DNA of 64,000 nucleotides. It comes from Dendrobates tinctorius (Eukaryota). The first letter of the stretch is position 1; every line of letters begins with the position of its first letter. Shown in pieces: positions 13,076-26,472 of this stretch. The notes beneath the pieces are model-generated. The model did not search any database. It was not told where the DNA came from and saw nothing but the letters and a program-made list of their open reading frames with translations. The stretch covers positions 9,052,001 through 9,116,000 of the forward strand of contig NW_027361917.1 of the NCBI RefSeq assembly GCF_039654945.1, read 5' to 3'. The position numbers and the translations under genes are program-made.

Positions 13076-14736
13076 TAAGTCTCCTCTGAGGTCTCTGCTA
13101 TTGGTCATGGTGTCGGTCATTGTCTCCAGCGCTGATGTTATGTCCACAACAATCAGTGGGCGGCTATGTCCAAATTGACAACATAATCTGCTTAGAGATC
13201 CTCTGCAAAATCCCATTAAAGAGAATCTGTCACCAGTATTTTGCCAACATAATGAAGAGACAGAGACACTAATTCTACTAAAGTATCAATTACTGGGCTG
13301 CTTGCTATAGTTTTGATAAAATCACTGTTTTATCAACAGGAGATTATTCCTAGAGGACTGGTAATTCTGCAGCCCTGTAGTGATCCATATTCATGTGCTC
13401 ATATAACCCTGCCCCCTCTACTGATTGGCATGTTTCTGCCTATGCACAGTGTCCACAGAAAGCTGCCAATCAGTGGTGTGGTGGCGGGTTATGCAGAGCT
13501 CAGCATTCAGAGGACTGGTAGATCTGAAGCAGATAAAATAGGAATTTTATCAAAACTGCAGCAAGCAGCCCAGTGGATCTCTGCAATCAGGGTCTCTGTT
13601 ATGGCTGCTGAAATATGGTAAGACCAAAATGAAAACATTTAGTTGACCTTCAAGGCCTTGAAGATATTTTAACAAACTCTCCAGCAGCAGTGCTTCTTTC
13701 TCTGCCTGGACGGGCATGTGACCGCTGTAGCCATTGATATGTTGTAGCAGGCACATGTCCATACCATATGAAGAGGATGTACAAAGCTTGAGAGGACACA
13801 ACCCTCTAATTGACAATGGACATCTCTATTATACTACAGGAGGCCTAGATGAGGCAGGACACCAACAATATACACATAGACACTGTTCCGTCTGCAATGT
13901 CCTTCTGGGGAGGGCAGTACTCTCCCTCTGGAAACCCTATCAGTCAATTGACATTTTTATGATCATGGCCATAAAGCAGCCCATAATACATATAAGTATA
14001 AGTTTTGAAGACTTTTTTTGGCACAAATTACCAAAGAATTCTAACGCATTTAGCTTGATAAATATATCCTGTTATTTCTCTTCTACAATCTGACGTCTAA
14101 TAAATTGAAATAAAATGAAATACACTTCACATTCTTCTTAATGCAGCACTATAGCATCTTACTGACCTTTAACAAAAAACAACCTTCACCACGTTTTCCT
14201 TTAATGGCTTTATTTGGATATTTTTTTTTTATTATGATGATAAAGATTATAATGTTACCTAGGCTTTCTCGACTCCTGAGAAAACCATGGCTGTCTAACA
14301 CAGTAGAAAGAAAAGGGAAACTTATGCTGGAGTCTACTAAGAGTGGGGATGAAGGGATGTTAGATTAAAAAAATGGGATATGTAGCTATATATCTGTAAG
14401 TATAATTAATTTAATTTCTTATTTTTAATTGAAAACTCATGAATTTCATTGTCTTGTATTGGTATACTGGTATGAAATTTTGCAGCATAATAATACTGTG
14501 GACGGGTGTAATAATCACATTACTTACCACTGTTATAGTGCAGGTCAGTGGTGTAGTGTGGATTGCCAGCTTTTGGGCAAGGTAAGTATTATGCACCCCT
14601 AACCCATGGACCATTACCACCTTCTTGAGTCCCTACCAACAGTCCACTATGTGGATCCGTTATTCCTCAAGTGTATGTATTGTAAGGTAACTAGGCTAAG
14701 TTCACATTTCCATGATTTCCATTTGTCTGTTTAGAG

Positions 14737-14921
14737 CAGCGTTTCCCAAACTCCAGTCCTCGTGGACCCCAACATGTCATATTTTCAGGATTTCCTTAGT
14801 ATTTCACAGGTGATGGAAGTATCATCAAGGCATCAGGAATTCTCTCACATGTGTAACACTATGGAAATCCTGAAAACATGACCTGTTGGGGTCCGCGAGG
14901 ACTGGAGTTTGGGAACCACTG
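14737..14921. mobile_element. hAT-type MITE (near-perfect hairpin)
   Basis: CAG...CTG termini, inverted arms of about 70 bp, and a perfect 8-bp TSD GTTTAGAG (14729-14736 and 14922-14929). Confidence 0.9.
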
Positions 14922-15290
14922 GTTTAGAGTGACAAACAGAATCTAGTAGCAGAAGTAGCCATTTTTATCAGTTACACAATCTCAACCCGAGGGACTTCAT
15001 TGATAATTACAGGGTCCATTTTGCACCAGTTTTTAGTAAACAAGAAAGTTATGCATGCAGAATTTTTTTTACTCGACATACAGTATAACGGAGACAAACC
15101 TGAACCCAGATGGATCTTATAATAACAAGTTGATTGATATGGGGTCCATCTGCACTGCAGGTGAATATTTTGCAGGTCCTCAGTTTATTTATTCCTCTCG
15201 ATTGGCTATAGTGATATTGCATACTACAGTGTGCCCTGAGAATAGTGCCCTATACCCCATTCATTATTGTATGTAGTCTTCACACATTGT

Positions 15291-16011
15291 TGTGGGGAAG
15301 GTGACTTGACGGACAGACGTGACTGGTAGTAGGAGGGGACGGTTTGTGCACTAGAGACGGAGATTGACAGGATAGAAGGGTGACAGCTGGGAAAGGTGAA
15401 TAGGAGAGTGCTGTACCAGGAAATGAACACAAGATGGCAGGGGGGAGTAGCTTAGGACTTAACATCGGCTTATGGCTTGAGAAACGCTTAGTCATGGGGG
15501 GCAAGGAGATAGGAACCCAGGAGGGGAATTCCCGGTGAGAGAGGGGATAAATAGAACAGGGTAGGGTTCCAGGGAGGCCAGTCCCGGGAGGAGCTCGGTA
15601 GAAGACGGTGAAGAGAGGAGAGCTCGAACAAGGGAACGGACAGCAAAGAGACAGTCAGGGGGGTGGCCCCGACCCGACGGACCACAGGACAGACGAGGCC
15701 CCGGGGGTACCGATTGGACGACGACCTCGGGCAGGTGAAGTGCTGGTGGTAGATTGGTCTAGGACAGCCCCAGTGCAAGATCCGCGAGGGACGTTACTAC
15801 GACTGGAGCAAAGGTGCAGGTACCCGAGCCTGGAGACAGAGAACTGTAAAGAGGCTGCGGTGCGCGGTTGTGGTCATCAGGAGGACAACGAATAAATCCG
15901 GAACTGTTACTGTTGAAATCTGTCTCCACCTCGTCCTTGCATCGCCTGGTGTCTGTGTCATCCGGACAGGGTAAGCAGTGGTCCACCCCCCAATCCCGGC
16001 CCCCTACCACA
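15291..16011 (+). mobile_element. Probable solo LTR (Gypsy-like)
   Basis: TGTGG...CCACA termini, flanks TTGT/CTGT (a 4-bp TSD with one mismatch), GC-rich interior, AATAAA at 15891. Confidence 0.6.
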
Positions 16012-16136
16012 CTGTCATGCAGTATCTCTGTTGCGGCCTATGTAGCAGTGCAGGAGAACTCAGCAGTCGAGATGACATTGCCATGCTGCTATGGTCTGTA
16101 TAGACAGAGACCAAGATGACAAAATGTTGAGTATAT

Positions 16137-16329
16137 GGCTACATTCACACTATCAGTATTTGGTCAGTATTTTACCTCAGTATCTGTAAGCCAAAACCAG
16201 GCGTGGGTGATAATACAGAAGTGGTGACGTGTTTCTATTATACTTTTTCTCTGATTGTTCCACTCCTGATTTTGGCTTACAAATACTGAGGTAAAATACT
16301 GACCAAATACTGAACGTGTGAATGTGGCC
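16137..16329. mobile_element. Short Harbinger-type hairpin MITE
   Basis: GGCTACATTCACAC / GTGTGAATGTGGCC termini and inverted arms of about 65 bp. Confidence 0.8.
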
Positions 16330-16584
16330 TAATTATTATAATAACTAGCTTCGCCCATGCGAAATTTTCACACATTGGTCGTCGGGGGTGCAGGCAATTT
16401 CAGAAAAAGCAAGCTGGTCAAATGTAAATGCATTTCATGAGATGATAAACACAGACAGGTATTTATACTGTATATGTAGATTGGTAATACAATTTTGATA
16501 AGTAGAGGCCTAAAATGTTTTCCGGTTGAGGTGCCACCTGCAGGTCATTGTTTCTTTCTGCAGGTTTATGAAAATGAATGTTTA

Positions 16585-17472
16585 GGCTGTGTGCACATGT
16601 TGCATTATTTTAGCATTTTCACTGCATTTTTCTGCTGTGAAAATGCATCCCATGCAATCCTATGGGATTCCACATTGCTGTGCTAATGCTGCGGATTTTA
16701 CAGCTGCGAAACGCATAGCAGAAAAATACACAGCATGTTCATTCTTTATGCTGAATCGCAGCGATTCCGCACCCATAGGATTGCATTGAAACCCTCACTT
16801 TACACATGTGGCTATGCCCATCATGCATGAAGTGAGCGCTTCATGTGCAGATGGTACCCAGGGTCTGGAGGAGGAGAGACTCTCCTCCAGGCCCTGGGTA
16901 CCATAATCCTGTAAAATATAGAATTAAAATAAAAAATTGGGATATACTCACCCTCCGGCAGCCACCAGAGTCCTTCCCGCCTCTCACCACGCTGCCGGCA
17001 TCTTCCGGTCCCAGTGATGCTTTGCGCGAATCAACTGAGATGACGTCGCTCTCTCGCAAGCGTGATGTCACAAAGGTCCTTCACGTAAAGCATCACTGGG
17101 ATCGGAAGATGCCCGGAGCGTGGTGAGAGGCGGGAAGGACTCCGGTGGCCGTCGGAAGGTGAGAATAACCATTTTTTAAATCTTTTTTTATTATTTTTAA
17201 CATCCTATCTTTTACTACTGATGCTGCATAGGCAGCATCAATAGTAAAAAGTTGGTCACACTTGTCAATCACTATGCTTGACAAGTGTGACCAACCTGTC
17301 AATCACCTTTCCAAGCGATGCTTCAAATCGCTTGGAAAGCGCAAGCATTCCGCAAGCTAAATATGCTTGCAAAACGCTTGTGTTTAGCGGGAAAATGCAT
17401 GCGAATTCTGCATGCGTTTTACCCGCGGCGGGAGTTGCGAAAATGTTGCAGAAATTTCGTGTGCACATAGCC
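16585..17472. mobile_element. Harbinger-type MITE with internal palindrome
   Basis: TIR GGCT(G/A)TGTGCAC and TTA TSD. The empty site is visible in a paralogous local repeat at ~17835. Confidence 0.88.
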
Positions 17473-20400
17473 TTAAACTGTATTTAGTGACAAAATCGTG
17501 AATGTGTGGTTTGTTTGGCTCTTTTCTTGGTGAAGTGGGAAAGTTTACCTTTCAAATGGTGAATCATTTGTGTGGTGGGGCGAAGTTATCAGCGAAAAAA
17601 AAGTGCATGTTTACAAATGTGTTTGCATATGTGACTCACCTGCAGTGAAGTGTGCAATCCTCCAATGTGCCTGAAATTGGCTGGGCAAGCACTTGGGCAA
17701 CCTGGAAAGACCCCAAGGCAAATGTTTGGATTTGTGTGTGATATATGTAAGCAGCTTTCTGGTACTGTGTTTTGGGGTAGTGTGGTCCCACCTGCAGGTC
17801 ATTTTTCATTACTGCAGGTTTAAGAAAATTAATGTTTAAACTGTATGTTGTGATCAAATCGTGGATGTGTGGTTTGTTTGGCTATTTTCTTGCTGAAGGG
17901 GGCAAGTTTACCTTTCAAATGGTGTATCATTTGTGTGTGTTGTTGCAGTATGAACAGAGATACAAAGTAATCACCGAAAAACAGTGTTTAGAAATAATAG
18001 TCATAAAAATTATACTGAGCTTTTTGTCATTTCTGCCAATGCAAAGCGCAGCAACTGATGACAAAGTCAGCTATACTGTTGGGCTCTGCTGCAATTGACT
18101 GGTAAATTGTGCATAGATACTGAAGTCGTAAGTAAGTGAACTGCCTTACTCTGAATGAAATTAGTGCTTGCAGGGTGCCAGGCACTCACTGCTCCCATGC
18201 GCTGTCCTGACACCCAGGGAAGATTCCCTAGGGACTGATCCTGCCATATTTTATCATATTCACCAAGCGAGGATATCCATTATTTGGCTTCGCCATAGAA
18301 TTTGGTGCATCTATGGCTCCAATGCTACATCACTGGTACAAGTTACTACAACAGTAAGATAAATGGTAAAGATAATGTAAGTATCATGTCAACTCCTAAC
18401 GGCAGGCAATAAGCCAGGATAACAAGCACTGTCATGGCTCAAAGGATTCTGCAACTATATCTATGGAAACCTCCTGTGCCACATATAAAGGAATGGAGAG
18501 CACTACGTATGAACGGCTACCTGACAGCGTCCTGTTCCTGTCAAAATGCAGGGTTCGGCAGTGGGACCCACATTTATTGGACATAATCTGTTGATGCCTT
18601 AAATGTCTCCTCAAATACAGACTTACACTTTAAATTTCTTGGGTAAGAAATTCGAAAGAAAATGTGGATGATGGTCCCAGTGCCAAAATATAAATCCCCC
18701 CTTACTTCGTGTCCTCCGTGGCTGGTAAACTACAAAGGCAGAATTTTCTTGTGACGCTCAATTTTCTCAGCATTTTCCTTTTTTACATTTGGAGTGATTG
18801 CAGATATCTGTGATGTTAGTATCAGCAGTGATCGCAGTAACCCAGTGTGTTTTCTAACCAAAGTAGTGAAATCCTGATTGCAGGTAGAGGAGAGGGTGAC
18901 TCATGGCTATTTTCTTCTAAGAGCATTTTTCTCAGAATATGATTCTTGCAAATCTTTCCTTTGATATTATATTGTTTGGAATTCACAATTTACCTATTAC
19001 TCTGAGAAAATGACGGTCCCGTCATCCACATTTGCAATTCATGTTGGGCTCTTTCCATGTACAAGTGAATGGAAATGCAGACAGCTAAAAGCTCTTGAAC
19101 CCTATATTGCAATATATATCTATACACTTGATATTTTTGTATTTTTCAAAAAAAGATATAGGAGCAGATTTACTAATGTCTATGAATTAGACAAGGAAGA
19201 TGTGCCAAATCTCTCAAAAATGGTGCACTTTGTTTAGTAAATGTGGCACATCTTATATTTGGCGCTATCTTTCCTTTTTTATACCACATCTTGGATGGTG
19301 TACTTAAAGGGAGTCTATCAGTAGGATTAACCCACCTAAGCCGTCTATATGGGCATGTAGTCACAGAAAGTTGAATATAATGACACTTTGATATCTGCGA
19401 TCCGATGTCTCATTACAGAGAAATCCATGTTTTTCTTACATTTAGGCCGGACACAATCACAAACAGCGCCGCAGTGAAATCGGAGCTAGCACAGCACAGT
19501 AGAAGTTAACTTGTCTCATTACAAACACATTTGCAGTTGCCCTCTCTTAATGCTTCAGCTTTCATGTCACAAACAGTCAGTGTGTGGGGGATGGACACTG
19601 GCACTGTGAGAGGACAACTGCAAATGTGTTTTGATATCTTTGCAGAGCTGTGTTTGATTATGAGACCAAAGTGCCAGTCATCACACATCTCACACTGGGA
19701 ACACCCCCTTTTATTTAAAAAATAAGCTCTGGAGACAGATTCTTAGGAAGATCTATGTCCGACCCAGAGATCTTAACAGCTCATTTGTATATAAGAAAAA
19801 AATGTGAATTTCGCTGGCCACATTACCTTAGTAAGAAATCAAATGCATTTTGAAACTTGACTTTTGAAAAATGTTGTGTGTGTCGTTTTGCCAAATTTAA
19901 TGAAGACTTTTTTCTTAAATTATTTGTGTCCAAATTCTGGAAAATCCGTTATTTGCAGTAATCTATTTTTATAATTAAAATAATAAAATAAATAAATAAA
20001 AAATGTCATAGAAAGTTGTTAGCAGCTATTTTCATCAAATTGTGGAAGCCCACTTGCCACTTCTCGTTATTAGATGCAGTACTACATCGCAATCAGTTGC
20101 GCTGAGTCGTAGAACCTGCCTGCGTAGCAACGTATTGCTCATTGGTTGTTTCCAATGGCAACTAGCAAAATTGTGATTTCAGCTCTGAACTATACTACAG
20201 GCTATAATTCTGGATCAGTACAAGATAAGTCATGTAATTTATTTCCAGAGCTGCTCGGCCGTAATGTGGTACTGGAAGGCGGACATACCAGTTATGGTAT
20301 TTTCAGGTTTCCAGTATGGTGTAGCACCATGTGTATGACAGCGTTATCTTTCCTGTAATAGAAGTTCTACGTTTCCTTAAGTAACTGGAATGGGAAGCAC

Positions 20401-20605
20401 CAGAATTACTAACGCGGAAACATCACAACATCAATTTTATTTTCTTTACCATAAAGACATGCAATTCTCAAACCCATAATGAAATGAATAACTTTTCATA
20501 CTTATGTATATTCTCACAGGAGCTTTTGTAAAATGAGAAGAAAAAGGAAAAAAAAACAAAAATTGTTTTAAAAAGCTTGTAAATAGCGTTTCTGATGTCC
20601 TTCTA

Positions 20606-20610
<5 letters not shown>

Positions 20611-20650
<40 letters not shown>
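20611..20650. repeat. (TA)n microsatellite
   Basis: Direct read of the sequence. Confidence 0.95.
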
Positions 20651-20653
<3 letters not shown>

Positions 20654-21141
20654 CAGTAAAAGCATCCATCAACTTAGATAATATTATTGTAAAGCATTTT
20701 TTTTTAAATGCAATAGTGTGTTATTACGGTACATCTGTTACTCATCCTGGAAATTTAATAACTGGGTGCTAGGATTTATTTATTTATTTTTTTAAAGAGG
20801 TGTGCCCTTAAACATACTAAGGGCTCATTTACATGTCCGATTTTGCATATGTGTGCTAGCTGTGACATTCACAGATACCACCCATACCTGTGATAGTCGA
20901 AGGGGAAGTCCATGATTTTTTTTTGTGGACCATCAGCATTGCAAGTCAATAGGTCTGTGAAAAAATCAAATCCGATTTTCACGGACTGTCACAAAGGAGT
21001 AGAAGAAGAAGTTTTGAAAATTTTCTCCATGCACAAGAAAATCGTATGACAATCATACCATAATCAAATCGTAACCTATTTATACATTTCGACACATTAT
21101 AACATATGAACGACACAACAGCAAGGATACTCTGTAAATTA

Positions 21142-21797
21142 TCTACTATATAATCGTCTAATTCTGTCTGTCTGTTTGTAACGGAAATCCCGTGTTGCTG
21201 ATTGGTTGCGCCCGGCCGGCTGCATCCAATCAGCGACAGGCGCAGTCCGGCCGCAAATTGGTGTGGAATTCGAACGACGCATGCCCCCCTACCGTCGGGA
21301 GATCTGCGGCGCTAGCCGCTGATCTCCCGACGGTTGCCGCAGGACATCTCCTGCGGCACGGAAGTCAGTGGCGACGCAGCCGGGAGATGATCGGCGCAGC
21401 GCTCAATGTGCAGATGGTACCCAGCGTCTGGAGGAGAGGAGACTCTCCTCCATGCCCTGGGTACCATAAACCTGTAAAAAATAGAATTAAAATAAAAAAT
21501 AGTGATATACTCACCTTCCGACGGCCCCCGACTCTTTCCCTCCTCTCACCACGCGCCCGGCATCTTCCGGACACAGTAATGCTTTGCACAAAAGACCGCT
21601 GATGACATTGCGCTCTCATGAGAGTGACATCATCTCCGGTCCTTCGCGCTAAGCATTACTGGGACCAGAAGATGCTGGGAGCGTGGAGAGATCGGGGGCC
21701 GTCGGAAGGTGAGAATAACCTTTTTTTTAAAATTTTTTTTTCTCCCGCTGGCCATATTCTAGAATACCCGATGTGTTAGAATCGGGCCACCATCTTG
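21142..21797 (+). mobile_element. Non-autonomous Helitron-like element
   Basis: Inserted between A and T. 5' end TCTACTATATAA. 3' hairpin CCCGAT-N8-ATCGGG at 21767-21786, followed about 8 bp later by CTTG (a degenerate CTAG). No TIR or TSD. Confidence 0.65.
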
Positions 21798-22537
21798 TAA
21801 TAATATAAGTATTTACTAAATGAGACATGTCGGGAGTGATGATTGATCGTCTTTAGGATGTTACAAAGAAATATGATAACTCGCCTTTGTTGGGTTCACA
21901 GTATATTAACCTTCTATTAACGTACACTTGTAATTCTTCCATAAGTCGTTTATACAGTAATTTACTTAGACATGACAATCTGTGCTTTATGGGTTGCGTT
22001 ACTTCCGTGTATTGGAGTGATACCAGCCCAGACATGATGAGTAGATTTAATATGAAAAGAGTTTTCTAAAGGAAAAGCCATAAGCAGGAAAATAAATAAA
22101 TTCTGTTTCATTTCAGCATCAAATAGCAAGGATCCAAAGCCATATTTATTCCTGAAGTCACATATCCCAGGCTCCATTAGGCTTTGTACATTGATTATTT
22201 ATTTACATGATTTTTATTGGATTATTTGTATGATTTTCTAGTGAAGGGTTTTAAAGAGATTGCTTTGCCTTTTACACTGGAGAGTTTTAATGAGCCTGGT
22301 AATTGCTTGTCTCACGGGTATTCCCTGTCTCTACCCTATATGGAAAGATAGATTCAAGCCATCAAATAAATGTAAACAAAGGCAGAGAAAGGGCATTGAT
22401 GTGGAAGATGAAGGGATCAACTACAGGTGGATTGATATTTTTTTGTGCAAACATTCTGGAATTCTGCGGAATTTTATTTCACATTACATATAGAAAATAT
22501 TAGTTCTATAGTTCAGATCTATTATTCGTGTGGTTAA

Positions 22538-23351
22538 AGAAGCCCTCCCATTAAATTTCCCCCCTAAACCTGTGTATGTAGTGTAGTATCGGTATGTCAA
22601 TATAATCCTCTACCGCCATCTTCTACGGGTCCACGGCTCCTCCTCTTAGTGACGGACTGTCCGGCTCACACACACTGTACAATATAAGTCTATGGAGCCT
22701 TAGGGTATGTTCACACAAGGGGTTTTTTCAGCGTTATTTTTTTCTGCAGCAAAACCTGATCTCTTGGCATGAAAGAAGCTTCAGCAAAAAAGTAGGTTTT
22801 CCTTGCTTTTCCTTGCTTTTTTTGCGGCAGTCTTGGCATGGTAGATTTGTCTCTTGTGCATGTTGATAAAGTTTAGTGTTGGAAAAAAAAAGTCCTATTC
22901 CACAGAATCGGATTTTGGCACAAAAAAAATGATACCTGTGTTTTTTCAGCGTTTTTTGACTACCCATTCAAGTCAATGGGTGAAAAACGCCGAAAAAACT
23001 AAAAGAAGAACAAAATACTTATGACAAAAAAAAACATTGTGAATGCATGAAATTTCTGGAATCTCATAGGCTTTGCTGGTACTGTAAAACACAGCTGAAA
23101 ATTAGAATAAAACAATGCACCAAAAATGCCTTGTGTGAACTTAGCCTTACATCGTAAAAGTCATTTCCAGGTCAGACAGAGCGCAATGTGACCTGGAGAG
23201 TCTGAAGAGCAGTGACGTCACTATTAAGAGGACCAGAATGGCGCTGGACACCACAGAAGACAGCAAGCGGTAGTTGAGTATATTAACACACTGACACTGC
23301 AGTACATACTCATATACACAAGTTTAGGGGGGAATAAGTTGGAAGGCTTCT
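22538..23351. mobile_element. TTAA-flanked (Kolobok/T2-type) MITE containing a nested Harbinger MITE
   Basis: TTAA-AGAAGCCCTCC ... GGAAGGCTTCT-TTAA termini. Confidence 0.75.
22703..23146. mobile_element. Harbinger-type MITE (nested)
   Basis: TTA TSD and GGGTATGTTCACACAAGG / CCTTGTGTGAACTTAGCC termini. Confidence 0.75.
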
Positions 23352-25379
23352 TTAAAGAATTATTCCCAAAATTTAAAATTATGGATAGAATTGGTGATAA
23401 CTTTTTGATCAAGGGGGTCTGACAATTGACTATTGAGCTTCTCACTGATACCAAGGTCTTTGAAATGCCAGAATTGTGCAGTGGATTCTATGGGACTGGC
23501 AAAGATAGCTGAATACACTGGTTGGTTTTCTTCTGCAGTCCCATAATAAATGAATGAAGGCAATGTTTTACATGCATAATAAATGCTTCATTCTGATAGA
23601 TCATTTCAGAGTTCTATTCTCAGAACTAGTGGGGGTCTTAGCAGTCAGATTCCTATTGATCAGAAAGCTATCACCTATCTTATAAACAAGTGCTAACTTT
23701 CCATGTTTGGAATAGCCCCTTGAAGTTCACACAGTTTAATTTGTCATTTTACTGTTCTGCGATGATTGAAAACTGATATTAATATGTTTCAATCAGTCGT
23801 TGAACCCATCACCCACTGATCTCATTGAAAAAAAGAAAAAATGGATCAACTTAGGTTAGGACAGACTAATGGGCTCCATACACAATGGATAGCTGCAGTG
23901 TTAGCGAAACGATGGTTGGGCCAATTGTTCAGCCAGCAGCTATCTCTCCTGACTCCTCCATTCATAGGAGCACTTGCTCTATCAAGAGCACCTGTATTCT
24001 CTGTTAGAGAGCCACTGCCATACTCTTTTGGCAACGACTTATCTTGATGAGAACAAAAGGATTGGCAGTCTGAAATCAAACAGGCTGGATCTTTATCTCC
24101 CCTGACATCATGTGTTGAGGGAGAGTTAGAAGGCCCCCAAACAAACCAGGCTGTCTGCTGAGCCCACCAATATTGGCAAGTTAAGCTGATGTTAGGAGAA
24201 TGCGTATAGGAGCCGGTAGAGTATCTGCACATGGGGCATGTATACAACGGACTTTTCACTGTAGGCTCTATCTCTAAATTTTAATTATTTCTAAGCAATG
24301 AGTCTCTCTCCCATATTAGCAACTAGTTCTAAGTCGTGCAGAATATGCCGAAATGTGGCGTAATTGACAATATTTATTCATATTAAGTTGTCTGATTCCC
24401 AGCATGCTTGTATATATACATATATACAATCTAGTCTAAATGATATCTTTCTCTATTTCTATTTTACAATCTTTTACACTATTTTTTTTCACTATTTTAC
24501 AATTGCAATAACAAAAGGATGCAACTCACCATTTATCACTGTGACTGCTCATGCAGACGACCATATTTTCCGTCGCAGGGCGATCTGACAAAACGTTAGA
24601 TTGTATTAGGACCAATGTTAGCCTATGGGGTTGTGCACATGTCTGAATATTTCCTCAGACAGAGTAAAGCAATGCTACTTGCCTGAGTTTGATCTGATCT
24701 TTGGATCGCACTCGGCCATGCAGGTCAATGAGTGCGTGTGAAACATTTCTACGGACTGACAGAATGGAGAAGATGGAGAATTTTTTTTTTCATTTTTCCT
24801 ACATCTGAGAGAATCGGAGATCAGAGATTGATCAGAGTGTCATTTGCATAATTGGACTGATTCTCTGAGATGAGAGTGTCTACAACCATCTACACCTAGC
24901 CTGAGCCAAAACAATCAAATTCATGACAAACTACTCTTAATTTTTAACAAATCCCACACTCTTATAGTCCTATGAGTTTAGAAATGGGAAAGGAGGAAGA
25001 AATAGAGTTAAATCATTCTATATTTGCTCTCAGATACGAATAGGAGTGTAGAACTTGGGTTTGGCATCATGTATGTGTACAATGTACAAATGATTACAAC
25101 TACTATAGAAAACAAACTGATCATAGGGCAATTGCTCAGTGTGACTGGGTTATACCGGGGTCTTGTCTTCCATTTACCCAGATCATCATGACTCCCTCAT
25201 TCCTAGTGGGCCTTGGAGTCTTTCCAGGTCTGCCTTATGTTGGATTAGTCCTGGCTACCATTTCTATGCCTAGCCGTTTATGGTGCCATGCTGAAACGTG
25301 ATACCTCAATGAGTCCTGCATGTGTCCAACCTATATCATTCATCTTTGCAGCATATATAATAGTATTTAACTATTTCCA

Positions 25380-26315
25380 AATTCAGAATTGAGAGTCCTC
25401 AGTGGTTGATACCTTCTAATAGCTAACTGAAAAGATGGTAACACATTGCAAGCTTTCGAGACTACTCAGGTCTCTTCATCAGGCATAGACTAATACAAAA
25501 TCTGAAGAGTCACATATTTATGCACAATACAGCACAGACAAAAAGCAAAGATGAGACAAGTGACAGACATACAGACCCCCAGTTGGACATTTAGTACAAA
25601 TAATTAAGTACACCACATTAGATCTAATGTGTACTTAATTATTTGTACTAAATGTCCAACTGGGGGCCTGTATGTGGGGGTGACAGGGCAAAAGCTTAGA
25701 ACAAGGATGAATGCTCATCGTCACACAATAAGAGAAAAAAGAATGGATCTACCTGTGGCAAAACATTTTTGTATGATGGACCACAACACCAGCGATATGA
25801 AATTACTGGTATTGAAAGGTAACTTCACATCTCAGAGAGAGAGAAGAGTCTGTGAGTATAAATTTATGATGAACTTTGACACTCTCAATGCTGGAATGAA
25901 TGTGTCGCATGGATTTATGTCTTTTTTCATCAATTAAGGAATTTGCTCCTAAGACCTTGTGGGGCATCACAACACATTAGGAGACCCCAATCATAGGACA
26001 ATAAAACATCCGGACTCCTTATCTATGAACTGGTCCAATATTTATGTTTCTCCCTCTCCCATAATCATAATTCTGCTTCCCGGCACTTGTCTCATCTATT
26101 GCATTTTTTCTGTGCTGTATTGTGCATAAATATATGACTCTTCATATTTTGTATAAGTCTATGCCTGATGAAGAGCCCTGAGTAGTCTCGAAAGCTTGCA
26201 ATGTGTTACCATCTTTTCAGTTAGCCATTAAAAGGTATCAACCACTGAGGACTCTCAATCCTGAATATTTTTCTATCTACTGGCTAACAGAGTACAAAAA
26301 TATACATCTTTCCTG
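25380..26315 (+). mobile_element. 5'-truncated Penelope-like element with an inverted pseudo-LTR
   Basis: GIY-YIG ORF fragment. 25381-25565 is an inverted copy of ~26085-26266. The 12-bp repeat TAACTATTTCCA flanks it (25368-25379 and 26316-26327). Confidence 0.88.
25629..25937 (+). pseudogene. Penelope GIY-YIG endonuclease C-terminal fragment
   Basis: VYLIICTKCP..LYVGVTGQKLRTRMNAHRHTI...PVAKHF...GMN motifs. Confidence 0.9.
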
Positions 26316-26472
26316 TAACTATTTCCAGCAACTTCACTGAGTCCTGCATGTGTCCAACCTATATCATTCATCTTTGCACCACATATAATGGTATTTAACT
26401 ATTTCCAGCAACTTCACTGAGTCCTGCATGTGTCCAACCTATAGCATTCATCTTTGCAGCATATATAATGGT
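26316..26472. repeat. 80-bp tandem repeat; a third unit at 25310-25379 is separated by the Penelope insertion
   Basis: GAGTCCTGCATGTGTCCAACC recurs at 25311, 26339 and 26419. Confidence 0.85.

Noticed and set aside
25310-26472. Repeat-spacer (CRISPR-like) arrangement
   Set aside because: It is a plain 80-bp tandem repeat interrupted by a Penelope insertion, in a eukaryotic context with no cas genes.
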